Numbered from the stretch's first letter, positions 36,862 to 46,206 are shown. The stretch: 60,602 nt of DNA from Chloroflexota bacterium (GCA_016200665.1 JACQEG010000073.1:1-60602), one strand, 5' to 3'. Translations and numbers: made by a program. The notes: generated by a model from the letters alone, not told the origin.

Positions 36862-37647
36862 CTAGGACGCCCGGCGCCGGATGACCTCCGCGCCCAGGAT
36901 CAACGTCAGGCTCGCGGCCATGAGCAGCACGGCCGTCGCGATCATGACCGGCAGCGTCGTCGCGAAGCGCAGCTGGCCGTAGAGGTAGACCGGGAAGGTC
37001 GGATCCTTGCCGGCGAGGAACAGCGCCAGCGCGAACTCGTCGAACGAGACCGTGAACGCCGTGATCCAGGCCGACGCGATCGCCGGCGCGGCGATCGGGA
37101 CGAGGACGAGGAGGAGCGTTCGGGGGTAGGTCGCCCCGAGGTCCATCGCCGCGTCCTCGAGGCCGCGATCGAAGCCGACGAGGCGGGCGAAGACGATGAG
37201 CGTCGTGTAGGGCAGGGCAACGACCACGTGGGCAAGGCCGATCGTCACCAGCGACAGGGGGATGCCGGCGGCCCGGAACAGCACGAGCAGGGCGACCGCC
37301 AGGACGACGTAGGGGACGATGAGCGGCAGCGTCGCGAGGCCGGTCAACAGGCCCTTCGCGCGGAACTCGAAGCGGCTCAGGAGGATCGCGATCATCGTCC
37401 CGAGGATCGTCGCGACGAGGCTGCTGCCGACCGCGACGAGGAGGCTGTTGCCGACCGCATGGAGGAGCGCCGGCGTCGCGAAGAGCTTCTCGTACCACTG
37501 GAACGTGAAGCCCTTCAGGGGAAACGTCAGCGAGGTGTTGGCGTTCACCGAGAAGAGGAACAGCAACCCGATCGGCAGGTAGAGCAGGAACAGCAGGAGC
37601 CAGACGTAGCCGCGGAGGGCCGGCGCGGCGCGCTTCGACGCGCTCAC
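36862..37647 (-). CDS. Polyamine/amine-type ABC permease (PotC-like)
   Basis: GFTFQWY, LPLIVPYVV, EAA loop LEDAAMDLGA, SFDEF. Confidence 0.9.
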   Translation of the reverse strand: MSASKRAAPALRGYVWLLLFLLYLPIGLLFLFSVNANTSLTFPLKGFTFQWYEKLFATPALLHAVGNSLLVAVGSSLVATILGTMIAILLSRFEFRAKGLLTGLATLPLIVPYVVLAVALLVLFRAAGIPLSLVTIGLAHVVVALPYTTLIVFARLVGFDRGLEDAAMDLGATYPRTLLLVLVPIAAPAIASAWITAFTVSFDEFALALFLAGKDPTFPVYLYGQLRFATTLPVMIATAVLLMAASLTLILGAEVIRRRAS

Positions 37648-37675
37648 GACGCCCTCACGTCGTCGCCTGCGAGCC

Positions 37676-38587
37676 TCATCGGCCGATCAGCCGGCGCGGC
37701 TGGACGACTCGGAAGCCCACCATCACGAGCGCGAGCGTCGCGCCCAGCATGACCATCGAGAGCGCCGACCCGAGCGGCCAGTTGGCCGCGCGCGTGAAGA
37801 AGTCCTGGATGATGTTCCCGAACATCGTCCCGCTCGGGCCGCCCACCAGCAGCGGCGTGACGTACTCGCCGACGGTCGGGATGAAGACCATGAAGAACGC
37901 GGCGACGACGCCGGGCAGGCTCAGCGGCAGGGTCACGCGGCGGAGCTGCTGCCACGGGCTGGCGTAGAGGTCCGCCGCCGCATCGTGGAGCCGGTCGTCG
38001 ATCCGGCCCATCGCGGCCAGGATCGGGAGGGTCGCGAAGGGGATCCACACGTAGACGAGCGTCACGACGACCGCGCCGCGGTTGTAGAGCAGGGCGTCCA
38101 GTGGCGTCTGGATGATCCCGGTGCCCAGCAGGACCGAGTTGATGACGCCCTCGGAGCCGAGCATGAGCTTCCAGGCCATGACCCGGAGGAGGTAGCTCGT
38201 CCAGAACGGGACGAGCAGCAGGATGAGGTAGATCGTCGCCCGGCGGCCCGCCCGGAACGCGAGGAAGAACGCGATGGGATAGGCGAGGAGGGTCGAGATC
38301 GCGGCGACGCCGAGGGCGATGAGCGCCGAGGTCCCGAGCAGCCGCCAGTAGCCCTCCGACGCGAACGCGGCCTGGTACTGCTTCAGCGTCGGGGCGAACG
38401 GCGCGAGGAGCTGGCCGGAGAGGTCGGCCCGGAACGACAGCGCCGCCATGAGCAGGAGCGGGACGACCAGGAACAGCGCCAGGGCGACCGTCGAGGGCAG
38501 CGACAGGAGCCAGAACGACCGTCGCCGAGGGTCGGGTGGGCGGCGGGCGTTCGCGGGCCGCTGCTGAACGTCGGCGCCGGCCGTCAC
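37676..38587 (-). CDS. Polyamine/amine-type ABC permease (PotB-like)
   Basis: LAYPIAFF, PFWTSYLLR.MAW, EAA loop DAAADLYAS, EYVTP.LVGG, NWPLGSA. Confidence 0.9.
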   Translation of the reverse strand: MTAGADVQQRPANARRPPDPRRRSFWLLSLPSTVALALFLVVPLLLMAALSFRADLSGQLLAPFAPTLKQYQAAFASEGYWRLLGTSALIALGVAAISTLLAYPIAFFLAFRAGRRATIYLILLLVPFWTSYLLRVMAWKLMLGSEGVINSVLLGTGIIQTPLDALLYNRGAVVVTLVYVWIPFATLPILAAMGRIDDRLHDAAADLYASPWQQLRRVTLPLSLPGVVAAFFMVFIPTVGEYVTPLLVGGPSGTMFGNIIQDFFTRAANWPLGSALSMVMLGATLALVMVGFRVVQPRRLIGR

Positions 38588-38627
38588 GTCCGCGAGGGCG
38601 TGGTGGGGCCGGCGCCGACCGCTCCGA

Positions 38628-39779
38628 TCACTGGGAGGCCTTGACCTCGGTCCACATCGCGGTCCAGGCGTCGCGCTGCGCAGCCGTCAGGTTCGGGGTG
38701 AAGTTGGTCTTCTGGAGGATCGACGGGTCGTCGATCGAGAACGCCGTCTTGAGGGTCGGGTCGGTGATGCCGGCCATGACCTCACCGTTCGATGAGCCGT
38801 AGTAGTAGTTCGTGACGAGGTTGTTGCCGGTCAGCGTTCCGAGCTTCTCGTCGAGGAACCGGAGCGCGAGATCGTAGTTCGGGTCGTTCGCCCGGATCCC
38901 GTAGACGCCGACCCAGGAGTTCCGACCCTCCTTGGGGTTGGCGTAGGCGACGGGGACGCCCTGCCCGAGCAGCGTCGCGTACGCGCCCTGCCAGGCGTAG
39001 GCCAGCCAGACGTCGCCCGAGGCCATGCTCTGGACGAGGTCGGGCTCGCCGCCCCAGTACGTCTTGTCGAGCTTGGCCTGGTCCGTCCACTCGGTCTTGA
39101 CCTGGGCGAGCTGCGCATCCGTGATGGCGGTCTCGTCCCAGCCGTGAATGTACGAGGACACGGTCACGGCGGCGGGGCCGTCGTCCCACATCGAGATGTG
39201 GCCCTTGTACTTGGTGTCGAAGAGCGCCGACCAGCTGTCGACCGAGCTGACCTTGTCGGTCCGGTAGAGGATCGAGGTGAAGCCCCAGTCCCACGGCACG
39301 AAGTACTGCTTGCCGTTGATCTGGCCGATCTTCTTGAACGAGTCGGGGACCTTGTCCCAGTTCTTGAGCTTGGAGGTGTCGATCTCGGCCACGAGGCCCT
39401 CGTCGACGTAGAACTGGAGCCAGCCCGTGTAGGGATGGAAGATGTCCGCCTGGCTGCCGGCCTTCATCTTCGTGTACTGCTCGGCGTCCGAGTTCCCGAA
39501 GTCGAAGGTGACCGTGACGTTCTTGTACTTGTTCTTGAAGTCCTGCCAGAAGATCTCCTGGTCGTAGCCCGACCAGTCCAGGACGTTCAGCGAACCGGTG
39601 ACCTGGTCCGGCGGGGTGTCCGTCGGTGGCGGCGTCGCGGCCGCTTCGCTGGGCGGGGGCGTCGCCTCGGAGCCGCTGGTGGGGCCGGTCGAGGCCCCGC
39701 CGGTGCAGGCCGCCGCGACGAGCAGAATCGCCGCGAGGCCGGCCGAGCCCCGCAGCAGGCGTGATTCCGTGGGACGCAT
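38628..39779 (-). CDS. Polyamine-type ABC substrate-binding lipoprotein (PotD-like)
   Basis: SD AGGAGG, lipobox LVAAC, LNVLDWSGY, VPWDWG, DSWSALFD, PKEG. Confidence 0.88.
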   Translation of the reverse strand: MRPTESRLLRGSAGLAAILLVAAACTGGASTGPTSGSEATPPPSEAAATPPPTDTPPDQVTGSLNVLDWSGYDQEIFWQDFKNKYKNVTVTFDFGNSDAEQYTKMKAGSQADIFHPYTGWLQFYVDEGLVAEIDTSKLKNWDKVPDSFKKIGQINGKQYFVPWDWGFTSILYRTDKVSSVDSWSALFDTKYKGHISMWDDGPAAVTVSSYIHGWDETAITDAQLAQVKTEWTDQAKLDKTYWGGEPDLVQSMASGDVWLAYAWQGAYATLLGQGVPVAYANPKEGRNSWVGVYGIRANDPNYDLALRFLDEKLGTLTGNNLVTNYYYGSSNGEVMAGITDPTLKTAFSIDDPSILQKTNFTPNLTAAQRDAWTAMWTEVKASQ

Positions 39780-39873
39780 CCGATCCTCCTGCCGACCCGC
39801 CGCGCCGGTCCCCGTCATCGGCCGTGCGTCGCTCGCGGCCTCCTGCAGCGAGACTTCAGTCGGGTTGGCCGGG

Positions 39874-39902
39874 ATCGTACGAGCGCCCTCGGGGAAGGTC
39901 AA
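39874..39902 (-). promoter_or_regulatory. sigma70-type promoter TTGACC-N17-TACGAT for the potD-like operon
   Basis: Plus-strand ggtcaa at 39897-39902 and atcgta at 39874-39879, with exactly 17 nt between them. Confidence 0.65.
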
Positions 39903-39927
39903 TGGGCTGAAGCTATACTGCAGCGCC

Positions 39928-40491
39928 ATGGTCAGTGAATCGGTCGGCCTCGACCTCGGCGGCCGTATCCGGACGCTTCGCCTGTCGCGCGGCGCCACCC
40001 TTCGCGAGCTGGCTTCGAACGCCGGCGTGACCGAGAGCTTCCTGTCCCAGGTGGAGCGGGGCGTCGCGAGCCCCTCGATCGCGTCTGTCCAGCGAATCGC
40101 CCGGGCGCTGGACCGGACGATCGCCGAGCTCTTCACGGAGGACCAGCCCGTCGGCGTCGTGGTTCGGCGAGCGGATCGGCGGCGCGTCGCCTACCCGGGC
40201 CTCGGTGCCGTCGACGAGTTCCTGACCCGATCGGGAGAGGGCCGGCTGCAGCTGATCCTCTCGACCGTCGAGCCTGGCGGCGGAACGGGCGACGAGGCGT
40301 ATGCCCACGACTCCGACGAGGAGGTGGTCGTCGTCCTCGAGGGCTCGCTCGACCTCTGGGTCGGCACCGAGCACCACCACCTCGAGACCGGTGACGCATT
40401 GACCTACGCGTCGCGGATCCCGCACCGCAACACCAATCCCGGGCCGGGCATCGCCAGGCTGCTGTTCTGCATGACGCCGCCGTCGTACTGA
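39928..40491 (+). CDS. XRE-family HTH plus cupin transcriptional regulator (PuuR-like)
   Basis: IRTLR..RG.TLRELA..AGVTESFLSQVERG..SPS and a C-terminal cupin (H..EE..VVLEG, IPHR..NPG). TATACT lies 8 nt upstream. Confidence 0.92.
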   Translation: MVSESVGLDLGGRIRTLRLSRGATLRELASNAGVTESFLSQVERGVASPSIASVQRIARALDRTIAELFTEDQPVGVVVRRADRRRVAYPGLGAVDEFLTRSGEGRLQLILSTVEPGGGTGDEAYAHDSDEEVVVVLEGSLDLWVGTEHHHLETGDALTYASRIPHRNTNPGPGIARLLFCMTPPSY

Positions 40492-40533
40492 GGCTGCGAC
40501 GCCCGGAGTCCGTCCCCCCGATAGGATGGCGCG

Positions 40534-41610
40534 GTGTACGCGGTCATCCTGGCCGGCGGAGGCGGGACGCGGCTCTGGCCCCTGAGCCGACCCGAGACGC
40601 CGAAGCCGTTCCTCCCCCTGCTCGGCGATCGGTCGCTCCTCCAGCTCACGGTCGACCGCCTCGTCGACCACCCGGAGCTGCAGCTCGGGCCGGGTGACGT
40701 CACGGTCGTCACGGACCGCCGCTACGCCGGCCTCGTGCGCGACCAGCTCGCCGGCGTGCACGTGCTCGCGGAACCCACGGGTCGCAACACGGCCGCGGCC
40801 ATCGCGCTCGCGACGCTCACGATCGAGCGTGATCCGGCCGAGGTCATGCTCGTCCTGCCGGCGGACCAGCTCATCGCGGAGGGCATGGAGGCCGCCTACC
40901 GCGGCGTCCTCGCCGCCGCGGAGGCCGAGCTCGCCCGGGGCTTCCTGGACGTCGAGGATCCACTGGTCACGCTCGGGGTCCCGCCCACCCGGCCGGCGAC
41001 CGAGTACGGCTACCTCGTCCCGGACACGAGCCGCGGCCAGACCCGGACGCTCACCGCCTACCCGCTCCTGCGCTTCCAGGAGAAGCCGACCGTCGAGCAG
41101 GCGATCCAGCTGCGGAACAACCCGGGCACCGCCTGGAACGCCGGGATCTTCGTCTGGCGGCGCCGCGCGATCCTCGCCGCGCTGGCGAAGTACACGAGCC
41201 TTGTCACGCTCCTCGGGCCGCTCGCGAACAGCGAGATCGGCCTGGCCCAGGCCTACGACCACGTCCAGCCGGTCTCGATCGATCGGGCGGTCATGGAGAG
41301 CGCGGCGAGCGACCACCGGGTCGTCATGGGCTCGATGGCCGTCGGCTGGGACGACCTCGGCAGCTGGACCCAGCTCCTCGCCGCGGTCGGGGCCGGCGGC
41401 GAGGGCCGCGTCGTCCAGCCGAACGAGGCTGCGGCGGCGACCGAGGACGACCTCATCATCGAGCGGACAGCCGGCCGGCTGTCGGTCTCTGAGGGGCCGC
41501 GCACGGTCCTCGGCCAGAGCGCCTCGGCGCTCATCACCGGTGGCGCATCATTCCGCCCACGGATCGAATCGCTCGTCGGCCGCGTCGCGGCATGGGAGGA
41601 ACGCCAGTGA
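40534..41610 (+). CDS. manC: Mannose-1-phosphate guanylyltransferase (no fused isomerase domain)
   Basis: VILAGGGGTRLWPLSR...PKPF, EP.GRNTA, PADQ, EYGY, FQEKP, WNAGIF, SID.AVME, WDDLGSW. TAGGAT lies 6 nt before the GTG. Confidence 0.9.
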   Translation: MYAVILAGGGGTRLWPLSRPETPKPFLPLLGDRSLLQLTVDRLVDHPELQLGPGDVTVVTDRRYAGLVRDQLAGVHVLAEPTGRNTAAAIALATLTIERDPAEVMLVLPADQLIAEGMEAAYRGVLAAAEAELARGFLDVEDPLVTLGVPPTRPATEYGYLVPDTSRGQTRTLTAYPLLRFQEKPTVEQAIQLRNNPGTAWNAGIFVWRRRAILAALAKYTSLVTLLGPLANSEIGLAQAYDHVQPVSIDRAVMESAASDHRVVMGSMAVGWDDLGSWTQLLAAVGAGGEGRVVQPNEAAAATEDDLIIERTAGRLSVSEGPRTVLGQSASALITGGASFRPRIESLVGRVAAWEERQ

Positions 41611-43070
41611 GCCCTGCGGCGGCACCATCGCCGATCGTCTTCGGGACCGACGGCTGGCGGGCGCGGATCGCCGACGAGTTCACCTTCGAGAACGTCCGGC
41701 GCTGCGCCGCCGGCGTGGCGCGCTACGTGGTCGAGCGCGGCGAGCAGGCAAAGGGCGTGGTCATCGCCTACGACCGGCGGTTCGCCTCCGAGCACTTCGC
41801 CGCGGCGGCGGCCGAGGTCCTCCTCGCCAGCGACATCCCGGTCGCCTATGCCGCCCATGCGGTGCCGACCCAGATGAGCTCGTTCGAGGTCCTCGAGCGC
41901 GGCGCGGCGGCGGGCATCGTCATCACCGCCAGCCACAACCCCTGGACCGACAACGGCTTCAAGGTCAAGGCCCCGACCGGCTCGGCCGGGGGCCCGGAGA
42001 TGCTCGCGGTCATCGAGAAGGCCATCGCCGAGGACGCGCCGATCGAGCGCCGGCCGTTCGCGGACGCCGAGGCGGCCGGGCTCGTGGAGCGCTTCGACCC
42101 GTACGAGGGCTACGAGCGCTACGTCCGGCGGACCGTCGATCTCGATGGCCTCAAGGCGGCCGACGTCTCGGTGCTCGTCGAGCCGCTGTGGGGCGCGGGC
42201 GTCGGCTGGCTGCCGCGACTCCTGGCCGGCGGCAGGATCCGGGTCACGGAGCTCCACCAGGAGCGGAACCCGTACTTCGGCGGCGTGAACCCGGAGCCGA
42301 TCCGGCCCAACGTCGACGAGGCCCTGGGGATCCTGTCGCGCGGCGGCTATGACATGGGCCTGCTGCTCGACGGCGACGCGGATCGCGCCGGAGCGGCGGA
42401 CGAGTAGGGCGGCTTCATCCACCAGCTCGAGGTGACAGGCCTGCTCATGTACTACCTGGCCGAGCACCTCGGCAAGCGGGACCCGGTCGTCATCTCGGTG
42501 AACAACACCTCGATGGCCGCCCGGCTCGGCGAGCGCTACGGCATCACGGCCTACGAGAGCCCGGTCGGCTACAAGTACATCGGCCCGAAGATGATCGAGA
42601 CCGGCGCGATGATGGGTGCCGAGGAGTCCGGCGGCTACGGCTTCGGGATGCACCTCCCGGAGCGCGACGGGGTCTATGCCGACCTGCTGCTGCTCGACCT
42701 GTTCCTGCGCGAGAAGGCCCGCGGCGTCTGGCCGGTCTCGAAGATCGTCGCGAAGTTCCACGAGATCGCCGGTCCGTCGTTCTACCGCCGGATCGACGTC
42801 CACGTCGAGCGATCGACCTACCCCGACGTGAAGCGCCGGCTGCTCGTCGGGCTGGGCGACACGCCGCCGACCTCGCTGGCGGGCCGGCCCGTGACCCGGA
42901 CCGATCGCCTCGCCACGAATGACGGCTACAAGTTCCTCACGAGCGATGGCTCGTGGCTCCTCATCCGGACGTCCGGCACGGAGCCGCTCGTCCGGATCTA
43001 CACCGAGGCGTCGACGCCCGACGCCCGCGAGGCGCTGCTCGCCGTCGGGGAGCAGCTCGTCCGTGGCTGA
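41607..43070 (+). pseudogene. Phosphoglucomutase/phosphomannomutase interrupted by an in-frame TAG at 42405-42407
   Basis: FGTDGWR, TASHNP, DGDADR before the stop; VGYKYI, GAEESGG, RDG, IRTSGTEPLVRIY after it in the same frame. Read-through length would be 487 aa. Confidence 0.88.
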
Positions 43071-43494
43071 CGCCGATCCGCCGCCCGACCTGCCGCCGGC
43101 CGAGTGGGTCGTCCCGCCACCGCCGGCGGGCGATCTCCCGCGGCGGGTCGACAAGCCGTGGGGCAACGAGCTCATCTGGGCCTGGACCCATCGTTACGTC
43201 GGCAAGATCCTGACGATCGAGACGGGCAAGCGCCTGTAGATCCAGTACCACGAGCGCAAGGACGAGTGGATCCACGTGCTCGACGGCCGGCTCCGGCTCA
43301 GCCTCGAGACCGATGACGGCGCGATCGAGGTCCGTGAGCTCGCGGCGGGCGCGTCGGCCCACGTGCCGACCGGCCGGACCCACCGCTACGAGGCGATCGA
43401 GCGGTGCCGTCTCGTCGAGGTCTCGACCCCCGAGCTGGACGACGTCGTGCGGGTCGAGGACGACTTCGGACGCGAGGGCACGAGCGCCCCGTAG
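43063..43494 (+). pseudogene. Cupin protein (type II mannose-6-phosphate isomerase C-terminal-like) interrupted by an in-frame TAG at 43237-43239
   Basis: VDKPWGNE..GKIL.I..GKRL*IQYHERKDE...H.PTGRTHR..EVSTPELDDVVRVEDDFGR, all in one frame. Confidence 0.85.
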
Positions 43495-43629
43495 GCCGCC
43501 GGATCCGCTGCTGACCCGGGCCGCGGCCGGGGTGTAAGGTTCGCCTGCGACCGCCTCGCCCGGTCGGACGGTGCAGGACCGGACGGCGATCGCCGCAGCC
43601 CCGACAAGGGGCCCGGAGGGTCTGTCGAG

Positions 43630-43908
43630 ATGCACAGCTCCCTGATCGGCAAGGTCGAGAAGGCGAATCGCTACGCCCGTGAGCTCGATCGAATCTCGGT
43701 CGAACGGATGGCGCTCACGTTTCGTGGCGACAACGACACCCATCACGTCAGTCTCGACGCCGGTCAGTGGCATTGCACCTGCCACTACTTCGAATCCTGG
43801 AACGTCTGCGTTCACCTCCTGACCCTCCAGAAGGTCTTCGGGGTCATGCTCCCCGACGATGCGCAGGTGTCGATCTACAGCGCGGCCCAGGTGAGCGCGA
43901 CCGCCTGA
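43630..43908 (+). CDS. Small SWIM-type zinc-finger protein (family I recall as typical of Chloroflexota)
   Basis: MHSSLIGKVEKA.RYA, FRGDND.H, CTC...CVH ligand set. SD GGAGGG. Confidence 0.8.
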   Translation: MHSSLIGKVEKANRYARELDRISVERMALTFRGDNDTHHVSLDAGQWHCTCHYFESWNVCVHLLTLQKVFGVMLPDDAQVSIYSAAQVSATA

Positions 43909-43953
43909 TCGCAAGGGTCCGAGCCGCGGCCCGGGCAGTCACCAACGACGAGC

Positions 43954-43983
43954 TCGAGGCCGGGTCGACGGACCCGGCCTCGA
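43954..43983. terminator. Perfect 13-bp inverted repeat, probable bidirectional terminator
   Basis: tcgaggccgggtc-gacg-gacccggcctcga between convergent genes. Confidence 0.65.
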
Positions 43984-44029
43984 TCGTGCGTCCCGCGCGT
44001 CGCACGGCGCATCGCAGCTCGCGGGCGAC

Positions 44030-45115
44030 CTACTGGCCCGCGCCGAGGATGAGGCTGCTCGGGCAGCCGCTCCCGGAGCAGCCGCTGACCGTGACCCGGG
44101 TGATCGCCGACGTCGAGCCGACGAGGCCCTCGTTCGCCGGGGTGGGGAACAGCGCCCGCCAGTCGTAGGTCGCCGTGGGTGACCACAGCACGGTGTAGAG
44201 GCCGTCCGTCGCGGCGCTGGGGTACATGGTCGTCACCGTGGTCCACGTGGTCGACCCGAGCGGGCGACGCTGCAGCAGCACGGACCGGCGGCTGAGCGGG
44301 TCGCCCGCCATCGCTCGATTGGTGGTGGTGTCGAGGGTGATCTTCAGCGTCGAGCTGAACGCCACCGTGGCCCCGACGTAGACGCTCGTCGGCGAGATCG
44401 AGAGCGACAGCGCGGTCGCGAGGTTGAGACAGTCGGACACCGGATCGGAGGCCGTCTGGCGTTCGTACTCGAGCTCGAGGCGGGCGACGTCGCAGTCGCC
44501 GAACACGTGCTGGTTCCAGCCGGCCTTCGGGCGGGAGTGGGCCGAGGCCTGGACCACGGCGTCGGTGAAGTCGCTGCCGTCCGAGTAGTTCACGTGGTGG
44601 CCGAGGATCTCGATGTGCCCGAGCTCGTCCAGCATGACGTTCTCGACGTCGTAGCAGCCGTCCGTGAACGTCGACTGGGCCTGGCACCACCGCAGCGTGC
44701 CCCAGTCGAACGTCCAGCCGTGCGGTCGGAACCACAGGCCCGCGAAGCTGACCGGCACGCCGGTCCGGTCGACGCAGGCGATGGCGTAGCTCGGGCACGG
44801 CATCGTGGCGCTGTATGCCACGGGGCTCGGCGCGCCGGACTGGCGGGCGAACGTCGCCGCTCTCGAGGCCCGGCTCTCGCCGACATCCGTCGCGCCGGCG
44901 TCGATCGCGGGGATCATCCACGACGGCGGGACGTAGCCCGATGCCCATGTGTAGCCGACGACCTGGTTCTGATACCAGGTGCGGGTGCCGAACAGTGGAT
45001 CCGGCCCGTGGGCGAACGCCGGCACCGGGGCGAGGGCGGCGAGGGCGACGAGGACAGTGAGCCCGAGGCCGAGCGCCGGGCGCCGACGGTCGGCTGGGTG
45101 CAGGAGCGTGTTCAC
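44030..45115 (-). CDS. Secreted metzincin/matrixin-like protein with a DExxH variant motif and a C-terminal beta-sandwich
   Basis: Signal peptide ending AFA-H, motif LDELGHIEILGHH, Cys pairs, S/T-rich C-terminal domain. Confidence 0.7.
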   Translation of the reverse strand: MNTLLHPADRRRPALGLGLTVLVALAALAPVPAFAHGPDPLFGTRTWYQNQVVGYTWASGYVPPSWMIPAIDAGATDVGESRASRAATFARQSGAPSPVAYSATMPCPSYAIACVDRTGVPVSFAGLWFRPHGWTFDWGTLRWCQAQSTFTDGCYDVENVMLDELGHIEILGHHVNYSDGSDFTDAVVQASAHSRPKAGWNQHVFGDCDVARLELEYERQTASDPVSDCLNLATALSLSISPTSVYVGATVAFSSTLKITLDTTTNRAMAGDPLSRRSVLLQRRPLGSTTWTTVTTMYPSAATDGLYTVLWSPTATYDWRALFPTPANEGLVGSTSAITRVTVSGCSGSGCPSSLILGAGQ

Positions 45116-46206
45116 GAGAGGACCTCCCCGGCGGCGCTGGGGCGGATGGCATGCGGCTCGCCGGCCGGCTGGCCGACGGCGATCTGGTCCGGTGCGAGCT
45201 CGAGACCGGCAGCGGCGATCCCGCCGCGAGCCACCGGCCGCTCCCCACGTGCCAGCCCCCGCAACGGGCGGACGGTGCCGCTGGTGAGGTCGACGACGAG
45301 CGCGTGGTCGCCGGTGCCGTCGGCGACGACGGCGACCAGCAGGTGGCCGTCACCGGTGAGGCCTGCCGCCGACGCGTCGGCGACCAGCGTGGTCGGGCCG
45401 CCGGCCGATCCGTCCCAGGCGAGGATGGCGCACGGCAGCCCATCGCATGCGGCCCAGGTCACGAGCCGGTCGCCGGCGAAGCCGAGCATCGGGCCCTGGC
45501 CGCTGCCGCGAAGCACGATCGGCGCGTCCGACGGACGGGCGAGATCGAGGATCCGGGTCAGGCACGCACGGTCCTGGCATGACTGGACGGCGAGCCGGCG
45601 GCCCGTGGGATCCAGGACGAGGTCCGTCGCCCACACCGTGCCGAAGTGGAGCGATGCCGGCAGGGGCTCGAGGATCCGCTGCGGTCGCTCGGTCCCGGCG
45701 GCGAGGCGCCAGACGCCGAGGTCGGCGCGCGTCGATCGATCGACGAGGTGCATGAGGATCGACCCGTCGAGCGGGTCGGCGATCGCCCGACGGACGACCG
45801 AGGCGGTCGCGTGGACGGTGGTCGCGCAGCCACGCACCGACACGAGCTGGACGATCGAGCGAGCGCCGTCGTCGGCCGTCACCACGACGACCCCGTCGAT
45901 CGGTCCGGTCATCGCGCTCTCGGCGGGGAGGTCCGTCGTCGCCGCGACCTGGCCGGCCTCGCCGACGTAGAGCCGCCGGCCCACGAGGCCGCCATCGGCA
46001 TCGAGGTGGGCCTCGGTCCTGAAGAACGCTCCCGGCTCCGCCGCCGCTCCCGGGCCCAGGGGCGGGGTGGTCGCGCAGGCGACGAGCCCTGGCAGTGGCG
46101 AGGAGCGCCCGGCCTCGGCCGCGGGCAGCAGGCGCGTCGCGGCGAGGAGGCCGCCGGCTCCGGCAAGGAGCAGCACGGCCAGGATCCAGCGTGGACGCTT
46201 CGACAT
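45112..46206 (-). CDS. Secreted or anchored hypothetical protein, probable beta-propeller
   Basis: SD GGAGGT, N-terminal hydrophobic helix, blade-like segments (LDPTGRRLAVQSC, LTGDGHLLVA), Cys pairs. Overlaps the next gene by 4 nt. Confidence 0.7.
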   Translation of the reverse strand: MSKRPRWILAVLLLAGAGGLLAATRLLPAAEAGRSSPLPGLVACATTPPLGPGAAAEPGAFFRTEAHLDADGGLVGRRLYVGEAGQVAATTDLPAESAMTGPIDGVVVVTADDGARSIVQLVSVRGCATTVHATASVVRRAIADPLDGSILMHLVDRSTRADLGVWRLAAGTERPQRILEPLPASLHFGTVWATDLVLDPTGRRLAVQSCQDRACLTRILDLARPSDAPIVLRGSGQGPMLGFAGDRLVTWAACDGLPCAILAWDGSAGGPTTLVADASAAGLTGDGHLLVAVVADGTGDHALVVDLTSGTVRPLRGLARGERPVARGGIAAAGLELAPDQIAVGQPAGEPHAIRPSAAGEVLS

